The notes under the pieces: generated by a model
Told to the model about the DNA's origin: nothing
Databases searched by the model: none
What the model saw: the letters and a program-made list of their open reading frames with translations, nothing else
In this document: positions 11,296 through 24,941 of the stretch, piece after piece
Layout: each line of letters begins with the position of its first letter
Numbering within the stretch: the first letter of the stretch is position 1
Source of the DNA: Podarcis cretensis
Lineage: Eukaryota
Direction: 5' to 3'
Assembly: GCA_951804945.1 (NCBI GenBank)
Contig: OX638151.1
Coordinates: 29,512,001 to 29,576,000, forward strand
DNA: 64,000 nucleotides
Translations under genes and position numbers: made by a program

Positions 11296-12094
11296 GTAAA
11301 TATTTCTTCACTTGTTAAACAAATGAAAAGTCAATTGTGCTCTGAATTTGCTTTTAATAAAATGAGCAACCCAGAATAATATACACTTGATTGATATGCT
11401 GATGGTAAAGTGAGGAAATGGTACATAGTTACAAATTTAAAGTTACACCAAGTAATCTAAGTTGCATTTTTGAAAATTTCTGTTTGATTTAAGATATTGA
11501 TGTGTGAATTCTTCTCTATTCCAAATGTTGGGGCGCTTTGTCATAGCTATTAAAATATTCTTCATTTATATATGTGTACACCCACCCACCCACCAATTTT
11601 CTTCTATCATGGACTCAAAGCAGCTTACACAGAGTTCACTGGTAACCTTCCATTCAGACTACTCAGACCCAGACCTGCTTACCTTCAGCTTACCTTGCTG
11701 TATCATGTGACTCAGACCAGAAGTGAAACCTGTTTAATTTCTGCCCTAGTTCTGCTAGGATCAAACATGTACACAGGCAGTTTTCATCCATGGTAATGGT
11801 TGATGCATGTATAATTTTCAGTTGTGCAAAGTGTCTTCCCGCAGCTTGGGTGTATGTGCATTGCCCTTACAAGATTTTTAAAATCTGTGGTTGTTTTTAA
11901 AAAATTGAATAATATCATTCGATATCACACTGATCATTGTTCAAGAGGTGGGGACAGATAACTGGTGCAGCCCCCCCCCCCCAATACCGACCAGTGCTAT
12001 TTCTGAGGAAGTGCATGTGCAGCCCTGCATTGTTGTGTTGAAGTCTATGATTGAGTGCATTTTCTCCACCTTTCCTCTTAGGGCGGTCTAGATG

Positions 12095-12227
12095 ATTCTT
12101 TTCATTCCCCCTTTATCTTCACAACAGTCCTATGAGGTAGGTTAGATTAAGTGAGAATGACTGGTTCAGAGTCATGGCTGGATTTGAACCCATGTCTCTC
12201 TTGTATGACACCATAACCACACTGGCC
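12095..12227 (-). mobile_element. CORE/MIR-like SINE remnant
   Basis: TTTATCTTCACAACAGTCCTATGAGGTAGG core motif and reversed B-box GGATTTGAACCC. Confidence 0.65.
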
Positions 12228-14553
12228 TTGACCACGTGGAAGTACACACATGCACCCAGTCCCTCATTTGCAGACATTCTTCCTGTATTTCACATGCACG
12301 CCTTCTGTCAGCCTCAGCTTACTTGTGCAGAGTACTAAGGATGAAAATCAAAGTATGACTTCTTCTGCCCATCCCTTAGAAACCATGTATCTGGATTACC
12401 TGAGATGACATTCTGGGTAATCTAGATCAGTGACGGTATAGATACTCTGTAGGAAGCCTAGTGTCAAGCTAAGGGGTGGGGGATACCTAGGTCTCAACAT
12501 TCCAGACTCTGAAATCCATAGGATTGGATCAAAAGTTGCATGGAGTGGAACTCCGCAAACTGGATGCTCTCACCTGCAGAAGAGGCTAGGCAATTTTTGC
12601 CGATTCCCCATACCCCCGTGGTTGAAATATGTTTCAGGGAGTTGAGAGACCCTCTGGAACAGAATGGGAGATGGCACTGGCGGTTGCAGAAGGGAGAGGA
12701 GATCTGTGGAAAATGCCTTCCCTCCTTCCTGATGTGGCAACATCCCGTTTGCTGAATGGAAGCCTCTTCTGCATTTGACTCACTTCTACAAATGGGAGGC
12801 AGTCTTCCGTTTTCATAACAGCGTATCTTGATTCAACCCTTAAACCTCCCAATTTTAATGCATTTAGCAATGTTTCTTTAATTTAAGTGAGATTGTGCTT
12901 GGTGTTCAGCAGAGGACGGCCACCATAATTGTCGTGATGCTTGCATTTATATCGCCATAAGCCCTGTAAAATCATTGGCATAAATATTGGCATAAAACTG
13001 GAGCATAATACCTGAAAATTAATCTGCTGGTGTAAAGACAGGAAATAAAAAGTTGTACGCTGTATCCAGCCTATCAGTGTTTTCCTTTTCCTTATGCAGC
13101 CCCATGCTGCTAAATTGCTGAATCTTGCCCATAGGCTAATGCCTTCAGGTGAAAGGGGAGGGAAAAAGTGCTGTGTGTGTGTGTGTAAGTAAAAAAATAA
13201 AAAATAAAAGCCTTGGGTAGCCTGATATGGCTTCATTGTACCAGTGCAGCATATCTTCCGTTTTGAAAAACAGTTTTAAAATTAGATTCGGGCAGAAAGG
13301 CAAAACACCTGGTTGGTGTAATGGCTTTTGTGTCACTGTGCATTCTTTAAAGCTGTCCCTTAATTATATCTAACCCACTACTGTCAAACTCTCACCTTTA
13401 GAACAAGAAAAAGCACAAAGAAAGCAATTATTATAATGCATAATTTTCCATGAATCAGATTTACTTATAGTATAGTGGGTTGTTATATATTCATCCTTTT
13501 CATTTGGAAGATTTAAGGGTTGCTGTGAATTTTCAACAACAAAAGTAATCCATGTTTTTTAAAGGAACAATCTTTGTGTGAGNNNNNNNNNNNNNNNNNN
13601 NNNNNNNNNNNNNNNNNNNNNNNNNNNNNNNNNNNNNNNNNNNNNNNNNNNNNNNNNNNNNNNNNNNNNNNNNNNNNNNNNNNNNNNNNNNNNNNNNNNN
13701 NNNNNNNNNNNNNNNNNNNNNNNNNNNNNNNNNNNNNNNNNNNNNNNNNNNNNNNNNNNNNNNNNNNNNNNNNNNNNNNNNNNNNNNNNNNNNNATCAAT
13801 GACAATAATTGTTTGGTACCAATCACCATTGAAACTTGCTAATTACTTTGAAGGGCATACACACTCGCCTTTTGTAGGAGTGTGTAAATATTCACCTTGG
13901 AATTGTAAGATACGGTGGTGGAAGTATTACATTTTTAAACCAATTCAGCAAAGTCAGGTAGGTAGTTGTGTGTCCTGCACTATGTTGGGAAACACCAGAA
14001 AAAAGTTCTGGCATATGGAGAGACTAAAATGGCTAGGACTCTTCAGCTGTACTATGGCTGTACTGGAAAAGCTATTAATGACAATGTGTGTGCCATTTGG
14101 GATAGTACTAGTACTGGAAAACATCCAATGAGATGTAAGGATTAAAAATGTTTAGGGTGTTGCATACACAGGTGTCTCAAAAGATGCATGCTGTCCGCTT
14201 AAGATTTCAACAACAGTTGACCCATAAAGCTAAATGTGGTTTGCGAGTCTTGTGCTGTATAGCATTCCATAATAAGTTCAGTTAACCTCCTGAGTTTGCT
14301 GCCTGCCTGGGGCTGCCAGAACAGGGTTTGTCAAGCACTTCTGATGACACATCCATCTTTGTGGATCACTATTTGTTCAGGCCTGCTCTATGTCCTGTTC
14401 AAGACTTAGACCTGAAAGGGAGGACCAGTGAAGCACAGCAGGAGTCCAGCCAGAGTATGATTGGCACATAAAGCATAAAATCACCTGATTTTATAATAAT
14501 ATTTCATTTTTTTACTGCTGTGTAATAAAGAGCTATCTGCTTGTTTTCTGCAT

Positions 14554-14926
14554 GTTGTTTAGTTCTTTAGTCGTGTCTGACTCTTTGTGACCCCATGGAC
14601 CAGAGCATGCCAGGCACTTCTGTCTTCCACTGCCTCCCACAGTTTAGTCAAACTCATGCTGGTAGCTTCAACAACACTGTCCAACCTCTGTCCAACCTCC
14701 ATCCTCTGTCGTCCCCTTCTCCTTGTGCCCTCCATCTTTCCCCAACATCAGGGTCTTTTCCAGGGAGTCTTCTCTTCTCATGAGGTGGCCAAAGTATTGG
14801 AGTCTCAGCTTCAGGATCTGTCCTTCCAGTGAGCACTCAGGGCTGATTTCCTTAAGAATGGAGAGGTTTGATCTTCTTGCAGTTCATGGGACTCTCAAGA
14901 GTCTTCTCCAGCACCATAATTCAAAA
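14554..14926 (-). mobile_element. RTE-BovB LINE, 5'-truncated 3' end
   Basis: CATCAGGGTCTTTTCCAGGGAGTC...GGTGGCCAAAGTATTGGAG and a (CAA)n-type tail; 12-bp TSD TGTTTTCTGCAT at 14542 and 14927. Confidence 0.92.
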
Positions 14927-15211
14927 TGTTTTCTGCATAGCTAAAGGCAATTCAGAACCATCACTGTATGTGTATTTTAAGTCTTATCTGACACCACTAC
15001 GAATGTCAGCTGCTTCTTTCTTGGCCTACCATCCAGTTTGGAGTCAGCCTTCTGGAATACTTTTACAACCTCCTAGAATACTTCAGAGTTCACTTTGATA
15101 CATCAAACCCATTGCTGTGCTCTGCAAAGTTTTTCACCCCTCTGTATAGTTTATGTTTAAGAGTGCCAGTCACGATATACTGATTTTACTTCAGGTGGAT
15201 TGCCAACAAAT

Positions 15212-15246
15212 AAACAAACAAACAAACAAACAAACAAACAAACAAA
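15212..15246 (+). repeat. (AAAC)n microsatellite
   Basis: Direct inspection. Confidence 0.95.
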
Positions 15247-15569
15247 TAGAAAGCGGGCGAGAGACAGTTTCTTACCAGGCTTTGGAGGCTATTGCAAGAT
15301 TTTGCAGGGCTGTCTGAGATCTCATGGGAGCCTCCAGAGCCCTCACACGGCCAACCCAGAGCTGAAGAGAAGGGTGGAGGACTTAAAAGCTCTTTCCGCA
15401 AAGCGTTTTCCCACCCTGGAAAGTGTTTTTAAGCCCTCTGCCTTGCTTGCTGGGCTCTGGGAAGGCTGTACACAGGCTCTGGAACTCTTCGTAAGACCTC
15501 AGGCGATAAAAGAGTCTAGACAAATTTATGAATGATATGCCATCAGTGGCTAGGAGTCATGATGGCTGT

Positions 15570-15745
15570 GTACTACCTTCCGTATTGGAGTCAGTGTGCC
15601 TCTGAATACCTGATGCTGGGCAACTGAGTGGAAGATGTCTGTTGCCCTCATGTTTTGCTCGTGGGCTTCTCCTTGGCTGGCCATTGTGGAAACAGTATGC
15701 TGGACGAAATGGATCTTTTGTTTGATCCTTCAGAGCTGTCTTTTG
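15570..15745 (+). mobile_element. CR1-type 3' end remnant
   Basis: CCTCTGAATACC..TGCTGG...GGCCATTGTGG.AACAG.ATGCTGGAC...TGATCC pattern. Confidence 0.55.
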
Positions 15746-16420
15746 AAATAGCCACAGCTTATCTTTCCTGCATTGCCCCATCCCACCAGGCAGGAAAGTT
15801 TAACCCTCCGGGAGATAATACAGCAGCACCTCCTTCCTTGTGAATATAGCTCAGCAATCACTTCCCTCGACATTCAGAATCACGTGTTTTGTGGCCAAGC
15901 ATCTCCACCTAGCATACCTTAGTTGTAGGGAAAGAGCCTTTAAAGTTCTAAACAGACAGAGACAGATAGCCTTATATGTGATAAAATACAGACCAATTCT
16001 TAAGGTAATAGCTTTAGTGAAATTTGAAATGTAGAGAATCTAGATGTTAATTTACATGATACTCTGTAATTAACTTAAACATGGCTAACTGCTTTGACTT
16101 GAATATAATACTTATTTCTTTTGGTACTGCTTTGAAAAGCAGGTGAATGCATTTCATTCTAAATAGCCTCAAAATTCGTTGGTATATGCAAAATATCTTG
16201 CACAATCATTGTAAGCTCATGTTTACTTTAGCATTCCTTGATCAATAAGTACTATTTCAATATATTACTTTTTCCTCATACCTGAAATTATGTATACATG
16301 CATGCTTGATGCTAAAGCAATATTATCTCTCATAAAACTAGATTTTTAATATAAATTGACAACGTGATCTCTCTTGCAAAAAAAGTATTGAAGCAAATAT
16401 ATGTGCTTTTTCTCCACTAG

Positions 16421-16524
16421 ATTCAGAAAAGATGGCGAGGCTATTACGTGCGAAAGTATATCCATAATTATTATGCGCTGAAGAAGTACCTGGAAGCTAT
16501 TGCTTTGAATAATGAGCTGGTCAG
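16421..16524 (+). CDS. SPATA17: SPATA17 exon 5 (IQ motif 3: IQKRWRGYYVRKYIHNYYALKKYLEAIALNNELVR)
   Basis: ctccactag acceptor, AG|GTAAAG donor, 104 nt. Confidence 0.95.
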
Positions 16525-17196
16525 GTAAAGATAAAAATACTGAGTAGTGAAACTTTAAATTTCTTTTTTTATATATTTCTAAATAGTTTATGGTGCTAAT
16601 TAAATTATTTCTTCATGGAAAGAATCGCCTCCATTATCCAATATATAAAGTAGTCTTCTTCTTTCTCTTACCTAAGCATGTGGTGCAAATTATGATCTCG
16701 TTTATACCAGTATGCATGCAGTTATGATTCTACTGAATCCACTGGAGTGAGCCCAAAGCTGAAATGCATACAACACAGAATGTATCTCTTTCCATCTGCT
16801 CAGGAGAAAAATACTCTGGACTTTCTATATTAACAAGTCTGTAGAATAATGAAGTAGTGCTAGAGGCTTAAGACCGCAGTTGCAACATGTATGTGGGCCC
16901 TAATTCTGGTGGAATGGGTGCTGAGACAAGGCACATGCTGCTAGGTCATGATAGTTTTCCAGTGCCTGCACCAGATAATGGCTCTCAGGGGTCAAGGAGC
17001 TGGAGATGGTTAAGAAGAGAATATTGCCACCACTGTCCACCATGTGCACTAAGCGTGTTTATAGAGTCATCCAGCCTTGAGTTAGACTCAACTCCATCAC
17101 CCAGTGGTGCAGTGAACATTCTGTCCCTTGGGCCTCACTGCTTCCTTACGGTCTGTAGGTCAAGACACCAAGAGAGTTTCACTATCCCTTTAAAAT

Positions 17197-17450
17197 AGGT
17201 GTGGGGAACCTGGGATCCTCCAGATGTGGCTGGAATACAACTTGTCCCAGGCTTGTGCCGCAGAGAGGACACTTCAGTCCTGCTAACTCAGTGGCTTGAC
17301 TTCATTCCCAGAGGCACACTCCACTGTCTCTCGAGACAGACTGATGCCAACAACAACAGCTTCCATCATGACTGACCATTGGGCATTCTAAATGGGGCTG
17401 ATGGGAGTTGGTATCCACAAACATCCTCAAGGCCGCAGGTTCCCTAGTCT
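17197..17450. mobile_element. hAT hairpin MITE interrupted by an RTE 3' end (about 17243-17360)
   Basis: MITE halves GGGAACCTG..CCTCCAGATGT and GATGGGAGTTG...CAGGTTCCC flank CACTCCACTGTCTCTCGAGACAGACTGATGCCAACAACAAC. Confidence 0.65.
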
Positions 17451-17857
17451 GAGAATTGCTCACAAACGACAATTTCACTTGATGTGATTTTTGCTATCAT
17501 GAGTCTTCTCCCATCGCTTCAGCCCTGTTTGACAGATTATTTCATTTTTAGCAACTCAGAAAGGGAAATCATAATCTTCTGTGGAAGAAATAATTCGTGT
17601 TACAGCTCCAGTCAAGATGCATCAATCCTTAGTTCTTGTAAATTTACAAAAAAAGGCATTTGTGCACGTTTTTGTTATTCTTGTAAACACAAATACTGTA
17701 GTAAAAATGCAGCAGAATTTTTTAAAAATTTAATTTGTATATTACCCTTCATACGAAGATTACAGGGTGGTTTATAGTATAAAAACAAAGTACATAACAT
17801 AAAAACAAAACAATAACACCAAATCAAGCAGTACTTGGAAACAAAAATCTTCTATGA

Positions 17858-17972
17858 GTGGTATTCAGCTAAGCTTTACTCAGAGGCAACCCATTGAAAT
17901 TAATATATCTACCCTAGTTGTGCTTATTAATGTTAGTGAATCTACATGGAGTAAAGCTTAGCTGAATACCAC
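17858..17972. repeat. Palindromic MITE-like element; relatives at 26267-26384 and 42203-42310
   Basis: Perfect 24-bp inverted arms GTGGTATTCAGCTAAGCTTTACTC / GAGTAAAGCTTAGCTGAATACCAC. Confidence 0.8.
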
Positions 17973-20900
17973 CATATGTGTCTGGATAGCCCCTTTTGTC
18001 CTTATGTTTATATAACACATATGTAAGATTATGTTTTCACAGCCTTCCTCTTACAAAGATAAATTGGTTTGATTAATTTAAAGACTGAGTATGCATTTTC
18101 TAGATGTGTCCACTTATAACCTATAGCCCCATATGCAAAAACTGCCCTAGGTTATGAACAAGAAAATGATATCATGAAATTAAAAACTAGCCTCAGGGAT
18201 ACAGATTGGCAGCGTTAATAAAAATCATAATGCTGTTAATGGTGAAACTTACAATACACCGAGTTTCTCTTCTAATTTTAGTTTCAGATATACATTGACT
18301 TTATCTGTTACTTAATGTTTTGCAGCATTAAAGGTGGGATGCAATCAACTGAGAAAATGAGCTAATTTCAGGAATAGATTGAATTCATTAGAACTGTTAT
18401 CCACAAGCCCTTTGCTATTGCTTATGGCTTTAAGCTTCATTTGAAATAGGTTTAACTGGCGACCCTTTGGCTTGAACTGCAAGCTATGAGACAAATGTGG
18501 GATCCCCGTGTTTGCCTTGTAACACTAAAGCAAGAAAGAGTTAGGCAGGATAGGGCGCCTAAGCCATTATTCCTTCCAAATCCACCCTGGCCATTTTAAC
18601 CCTACATTTCTCAGCCAAGCTCTGAGATTCGAATAAGCACAATTGGGGGATAAAGAGCTGGAGGGTACATCTTCAGGGGAGAATCAATGGAATAGGGGGA
18701 GCCAAGCATTTTAATCCCACCAGCTGTTTCTGTGCTACTTACGCAGCCCCAGCCTTTATAGGAATCTGGCAGAGATGGTGTTGGGAACCTGTGTTTGCCT
18801 GTGTAATAAATGCATTGTTCTTCAGTTTTCTGATCCTAAAGGAAGTAGTTTGGACAGGTTTGGACAGAGACAGATCACTGTCCCGTCTCAAATTTAGGAG
18901 ATGTTGTAGAGCTATAATCGGTATAAAAATAGCCCATTTTTAAACCCAAGAGCCTGGGTTAAATGTTCATTTCAAATCCAAACGGGAACTTAACTACTCA
19001 GATTTAGTATTCCACCAAATGTTTAATAATGCCTCCAGTAAGGAGAGTTGGTTTGTCCAGCTTGGGAACAAAACCGAGTGTTTCAGTAGGTCTGACCAGC
19101 ATATCGCAGCATTGTAAACAAATATTGCCTAATGCCCTTGTAGATGTCTTTATTTTATTTTGACCATTTATATCCTATCTTTATTAGTAAGTAAATTCAG
19201 GGTGACTCACAAGAAAGTTATTGCAAAAGCCTGTTTCCCCCTTCATATGACATAATGATATCATGTGATTGACAGGTGGGGGTCCTGCCCATCTGCCAGA
19301 TTTGGCCCCTTGATGCAGATCCTAATAAGGATCTGTCCCATGGGGCCAAAAAGTCTCCACACCCTATTCTGTTCCTCAAGAGGACTCTGGAAACTGAGCA
19401 CAAACAGTATGAGTAGTTCACTAGACTGCCCAAAGGAAACCTGTCGGCTCTTAGGACTAGGCAGTTTTAATGGAGCAAGAGGAGTTGGAACAGAAAAATA
19501 TTCTGCTGAAAGCAAGTAATTTGAAACTGTGTGTGTGTGTGATTCATAGGATGGGTGAATTCCCATGTATAATAGGGAAACAATTTGCTGAGTAGGATCA
19601 AAGGCGGATCTAGGGGAACACAACTGGTGCAGCTGCACTGGACACGGAGCTTCTGAGGCACTGCAACTATGACATCCAACGGAAGGCGAGAGGTTGAGGG
19701 GACACCCACCCACCCACCAGATTTTGGTGTCAAACAGGGCACCACTGAAAGTTGAGACACCAAGGTCTGCTGCTAGCAGAATCTAGCTTTTCCTTGACAG
19801 TTATCAAGTCCAAAATACACATGGGAATTCTCTGTATCTGATCAAGATCTGATACCATAATTAGTCTTTCTTAACATGAACATCAGTTAATTGTGCAAAC
19901 TCTCTGTGACTACTTTTGAGCACTGTTTGGAGATTTCCTTTGGGGAGAAGATGGTGTCCTACCTCTTAACAGGATTAGGTAAATGGCAGCATATTACATT
20001 GATATGGCTGCCGATTACCTTCCAGGCAAAAATTAAAGTGTTGGCCAAATTTGAATCTGTTTCTTCAAAAACTTGGCAACTAATTTCATTGTACCACTTT
20101 TTTTAATTGAACAATTCACCGTAGAGCCGGGATGAAACTTAAAGCTGTTCCAGAGCAGTGATAAAGTAATTATGGGACATTTTGGCTGCTGAACTACCTT
20201 TATTAAGGTTACTTATGGACTTTAGTATCTTCTGTAGATTGATTCTGCTGTTAAAACCTGAGCCGCAGTGTGTATCACACACTTTTATATAGTCTCAACT
20301 GCAACAGATTTCACAGTCTCCTATTTTATCTAAAGTGGGATCTTAACTGTAAAGTAAGTAGAAAAGAAGGAANNNNNNNNNNNNNNNNNNNNNNNNNNNN
20401 NNNNNNNNNNNNNNNNNNNNNNNNNNNNNNNNNNNNNNNNNNNNNNNNNNNNNNNNNNNNNNNNNNNNNNNNNNNNNNNNNNNNNNNNNNNNNNNNNNNN
20501 NNNNNNNNNNNNNNNNNNNNNNNNNNNNNNNNNNNNNNNNNNNNNNNNNNNNNNNNNNNNNNNNNNNNNNNNNNNNNNNNNNNNNNNNNNNNNNNNNNNN
20601 NNNNNNNNNNNNNNNNNNNNNNNNNNNNNNNNNNNNNNNNNNNNNNNNNNNNNNNNNNNNNNNNNNNNNNNNNNNNNNNNNNNNNNNNNNNNNNNNNNNN
20701 NNNNNNNNNNNNNNNNNNNNNNNNNNNNNNNNNNNNNNNNNNNNNNNNNNNNNNNNNNNNNNNNNNNNNNNNNNNNNNNNNNNNNNNNNNNNNNNNNNNN
20801 NNNNNNNNGCCACTTTTTCATAGTATACTGTCCCTATTTCAAGGACACATATAGCATTATAAATATTCCATAAATTAGGAGGGTAAATATGATTACCTAA

Positions 20901-21279
20901 AGATTATATATTAATAAATGAGATTTTTGAAAACACAATTCTCGGGTTGTAATTGATTAAATTATATCACTCCTGCTCTATGCAGTTGTAGGCATCTGAC
21001 AGGGTATCTGCGGTTCAGGGTAAAAGAACCAGGCACCAAGATTGGAAGTAAAATTATCTGGGAGAGAAACACCAGAGGAGAGGGGTGTTTGCTCTGTTCA
21101 TGTTAAGAGACTTGTAACTCTTCTTTCATACGCATGAAATGTTAGGTGGGATTTTAGATGGGGGGAATGTAGTGGGCCATTAAAACAGTACCTTATCTTG
21201 CTTTTTAATCATTGTGTTATAATTATTCTTTCTAGAGACAAACTGAATTTACTGGTGACTAATTGACTGATACGGTTAA

Positions 21280-21405
21280 CAGGGATAGCCAATGTGGTGC
21301 CCTCCCGATGTTGTGATCTACAATTGCCAGCAGCCCCAGACAGCATGGTCAGTAGTCAGGGGTGTTGGGAATTGTAGTCCAAAACATCTGGAGGACCCCA
21401 CACTT
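21280..21405. mobile_element. hAT hairpin MITE (decayed)
   Basis: CAGGGATAGCCAA...GGGAATTGTAGTCCAAAACATCTGGAGG, same family as 22884. Confidence 0.7.
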
Positions 21406-21773
21406 TCAGTTCTGTGGCTAGTTGTACCCACACATTTTTGTTTGTCCCCAGGACATGTTATCTGTTTTATTCTGGCTTGGTTTTAGTTTTTTTATAGGGT
21501 TTGGACTATGAGACTTCACTGGACCCTTCTAAAAGGGAAAAGGCATTAAGTGAAGAAGGGAAAGTGTAAGAACAGGAACAGTTTGCAAGGAGCTAGCTCT
21601 CTAAACTGGGTGAATGGGCATTAAATGTGATTCAGTGCAATCAAGTGTAAAGTTATACACACTGGGTTAAGTAATTCTAACTTTTTATGGGGGCTGATGG
21701 GAGTTATAGTTCAGCAACATCCTGAGGGCCAAGGGTTCTTCACGCCTGACTTAAAAAGAATATGGCCATAGTA

Positions 21774-22014
21774 TAGTGTTGCCATACATCCAGAAATTCC
21801 CAGGCATAGCTGGAATACTGCAGTTGGAAGCAGTGTCTGACGGAAATTGCTGAAATGTCCAGAAAAATCCGGACATGTGGCAACCTATGTTGGTAGTGTT
21901 GTTTTTGGCGATTTTCCTTAAAAATAGATCAATTTTTGTGTGTGTGGTCCTTTTGGCAATTTTGCCAAACAAGCTCAACAATTCTGGCCCATATTTTGAA
22001 ACATGGCAACCCTA
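21774..22014. mobile_element. hAT non-autonomous element (TAGGGTTGCCA-type TIR)
   Basis: TAGTGTTGCCA...TGGCAACCCTA with 8-bp TSD CCATAGTA / CCATAGTG. Confidence 0.8.
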
Positions 22015-22883
22015 CCATAGTGTTATTTCTCACAAAGCTTATACACACTCTCCTTGTTACATTTTGGGAGGTTCTCAGAGTGAGTAAGTAGAAAACTACT
22101 GTATCTTTCTGCAGTAAAACTCCTGAAGCCTCATTTAATTGTAACTCCACTCCCTCCCTCATCTTAAATGTACATATAACTTCTTGGTGGTTTTTCGTAG
22201 ACTCCTGTGTCTCATCTCCTCTCTACTTAGCATAGCTCTGCTAGTGAAAGTAAATATTGGGGCAGGAAGGCAGTAATCAGAGGAATCATTGCTGATGCAC
22301 TACTGACTGTGATCCCCAGAAATTGATGTAGTGCCAATTCATGTTGAAAGCTCTTTTATCGACTTTGAGGCTCAGAGAGCTGATGTAAGTGTATTGGTAT
22401 CTTTTTAAAAATACTTTTACATAAATAAATGCTTACTACATGTGTTGTAAAAAAACTTTTACTGAAGATTATTGGTACAATCAAATAACCAATTGATAGC
22501 CAGAAACAAATTTTACACTTCATTGGCCACGTGGAGACATCATGGTAATCATAAACCATAGTTTACCATGCAAGAGTGTGTTGTGTCCATTTCACGCTTC
22601 CCTACCACTGCTTGGGAAAAACAAAGTGCAGTCCTTGGCTTAACATCATGGCTGCGTTGGGGATTGTGATTCGTTTTGGTGAAACCAGGATTGCTAAACC
22701 CAGAACAAAGCTTAGATTTGCCTACAAGCTAGGATACTTCATTTGAACGCAGCAATAATTTTATAGGAAAGGAAGAAGCAATGACTTAGATCCCAAATCA
22801 TAAAGACCAGCAATAGATTATCTTGGCATGAAATATGCAAACCTCTATAATTTTTACCTTTCTAGTAGATCTAAAGAATAGAG

Positions 22884-23019
22884 CAGGCATAGGCAAACTC
22901 CAGCCCTCCAGATGTTTGGGACTACAATTCCCATCATCCCTAGCTAACAGGACCAGTGGTCAGGGATGGTGGGAATTGTAGTCCCAAACATCTGGAGGGC
23001 TGGAGTTTTCCTATGCCTG
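22884..23019. mobile_element. hAT hairpin MITE, near-perfect palindrome
   Basis: CAGGCATAGG...CCTATGCCTG with perfect 8-bp TSD GAATAGAG. Confidence 0.92.
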
Positions 23020-24270
23020 GAATAGAGAGTTGGAAATGTGGTCATGAGATCAACAGACTAGTTTGATACTGTATCCCTCCTGATATGATGACTCCATCAG
23101 AGTAAACTACAGTTTTATTTTGTTTTTATTAATGTTTTACTGTGAATATGCCCTATCTTGACTGTTCTCTCTACCCTTTCCTATACAAATTATACACTAT
23201 TTTGATTTGTCTGAAATGCCCTTTGCTTTCCTTAATGCTACATATTTATAGTTATACAGTCACAAGATCACAAACTTCTTATTAAAATGCAAAACAAAAT
23301 GCAATATTTTGATCAAGTTCAATGAAAGTATGTCAGTATAAATCTGCAAGATCTTAGTGTTGAGTGCATCACCATTACGGTCTGAATACGGCTGTAATCA
23401 TCATTTAAAGACATCTACTAAAGTGCTAGGAAAACATTATATATGTATTTTTAACATTTATAGAAACAGAAGGAGCACTGTCAACCAAATTTGCATCTCA
23501 TAGCTGGAACCAACACCACTGCACACTGCATAAATGAAAACTCAGAATAACAATAAGTTACCTTGGCACATGAATGAGTTTTATTTTTAATACCTAACCA
23601 AAAGTGAAAAATTCACAGTCTCAGACAGTTGTTGCATATAATCTTAGTTGAATCATGATGACAAGTGTTCCTAAGTGCATTACTTCTAAAATATGAATGC
23701 ATTTAACTAGTGAAAGGATTTAAATTATTGTGGCATTTTACCATAAAAAGATTCTATTCCTTTTTCTCCAACTTTCCCAAAGCTTTATTAGGCCTTCGTT
23801 CTCGCTTTTGCTGACTTTTACCATTTTGTAGGGCATTTGGGGGCAGAATGTCAGGCACAGGTTCACATATTCATTTTTCTTTGTAACTTCACTAATATCC
23901 TATGCATAGGGTAGGAACATAAGAAGAGCCAAGCCAAGTTTATATAGGATTACATGACAGACAACATTTTAGAAGAGGAATTCCTCGTTCATCCTCATGC
24001 TGAAGGGCTTTTCTAAGATGGTGCCATCTGAAACCAAAATGTATGCCACGTTCTTCTAACCAATTTTTATTCATATGTAGATTTACATAATTCAATCAAT
24101 TAATTTAGCACTTATGAATGATAACTCATAGGATAAAGGAATATTCGTTTATTTGGGTTGACAAAAAAAAAAATGTAACATCCTTAATCTGAATGGTCAA
24201 ATTATGGGGCCCTGATTCCCCCTTCAGATTCAACTGATTTTTGCTGCATTGTGATTTCAAGAGGGTGATA

Positions 24271-24512
24271 CACTGGTACCTCTGGTTACGAACTTAATTT
24301 GTTCCGGAGGTCCGTTCTTAAGCTGAAACCGTTCTTATCCTGAGGCGCGCTTTCGCTAATGGGGCCTCCCGCTGTGCGCGTGTCTTTGGCGCGCGATTTC
24401 CGTTCGCATCCTGGAGCAAAGTTCGCAACTGGGAGCAGCTACTTCCGGGTTAGCAGAGCTTGTAACCTGAAGTGTTTGTAACCAGAAACATTTGTAACCA
24501 GAGGTACCACTG
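24271..24512 (-). mobile_element. Tigger-like MITE related to family A, inverted orientation
   Basis: CACTGGTACCTCTGGTTAC...GTAACCAGAGGTACCACTG, TA flanks; interior resembles the reverse complement of family A. Confidence 0.85.
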
Positions 24513-24941
24513 TACTGAAGTCTAGGGGAAAGATTCAGTTAAAGGGTCCCACTAATGGAAGCCCACACAAGGACTTCTTGCTCAGTGGGGCTAATGTTGT
24601 ATGATTTCATCAGCATTATGTTTAATTTTCTTTGTAATTGTTTCTCTTTCAAAGGGTTCCCTTTATTGTTTTTATTATGCAGGGCATGTTAATGGCTATA
24701 TTTTAAAGTGGTTTGGGGTTCTTATTAATTTTTTTGTATTTTTTTAACAATTTAATTTAAAAGTTTTCAGGAAAAGTAAAGGAAAATGTGCATGTGCTTT
24801 CACCTGGAGTGATCATTTTGTTCCTTCAGTATTTTCCTTCAGGGCCTAACCTTTGGTAGAGACTGTCTCCCTTTTTTTCCTTCCCTCACCTTTGAGTCCC
24901 AAGCATGTCTGCCCATGAGAGACCCACTGCAGAAACATATA

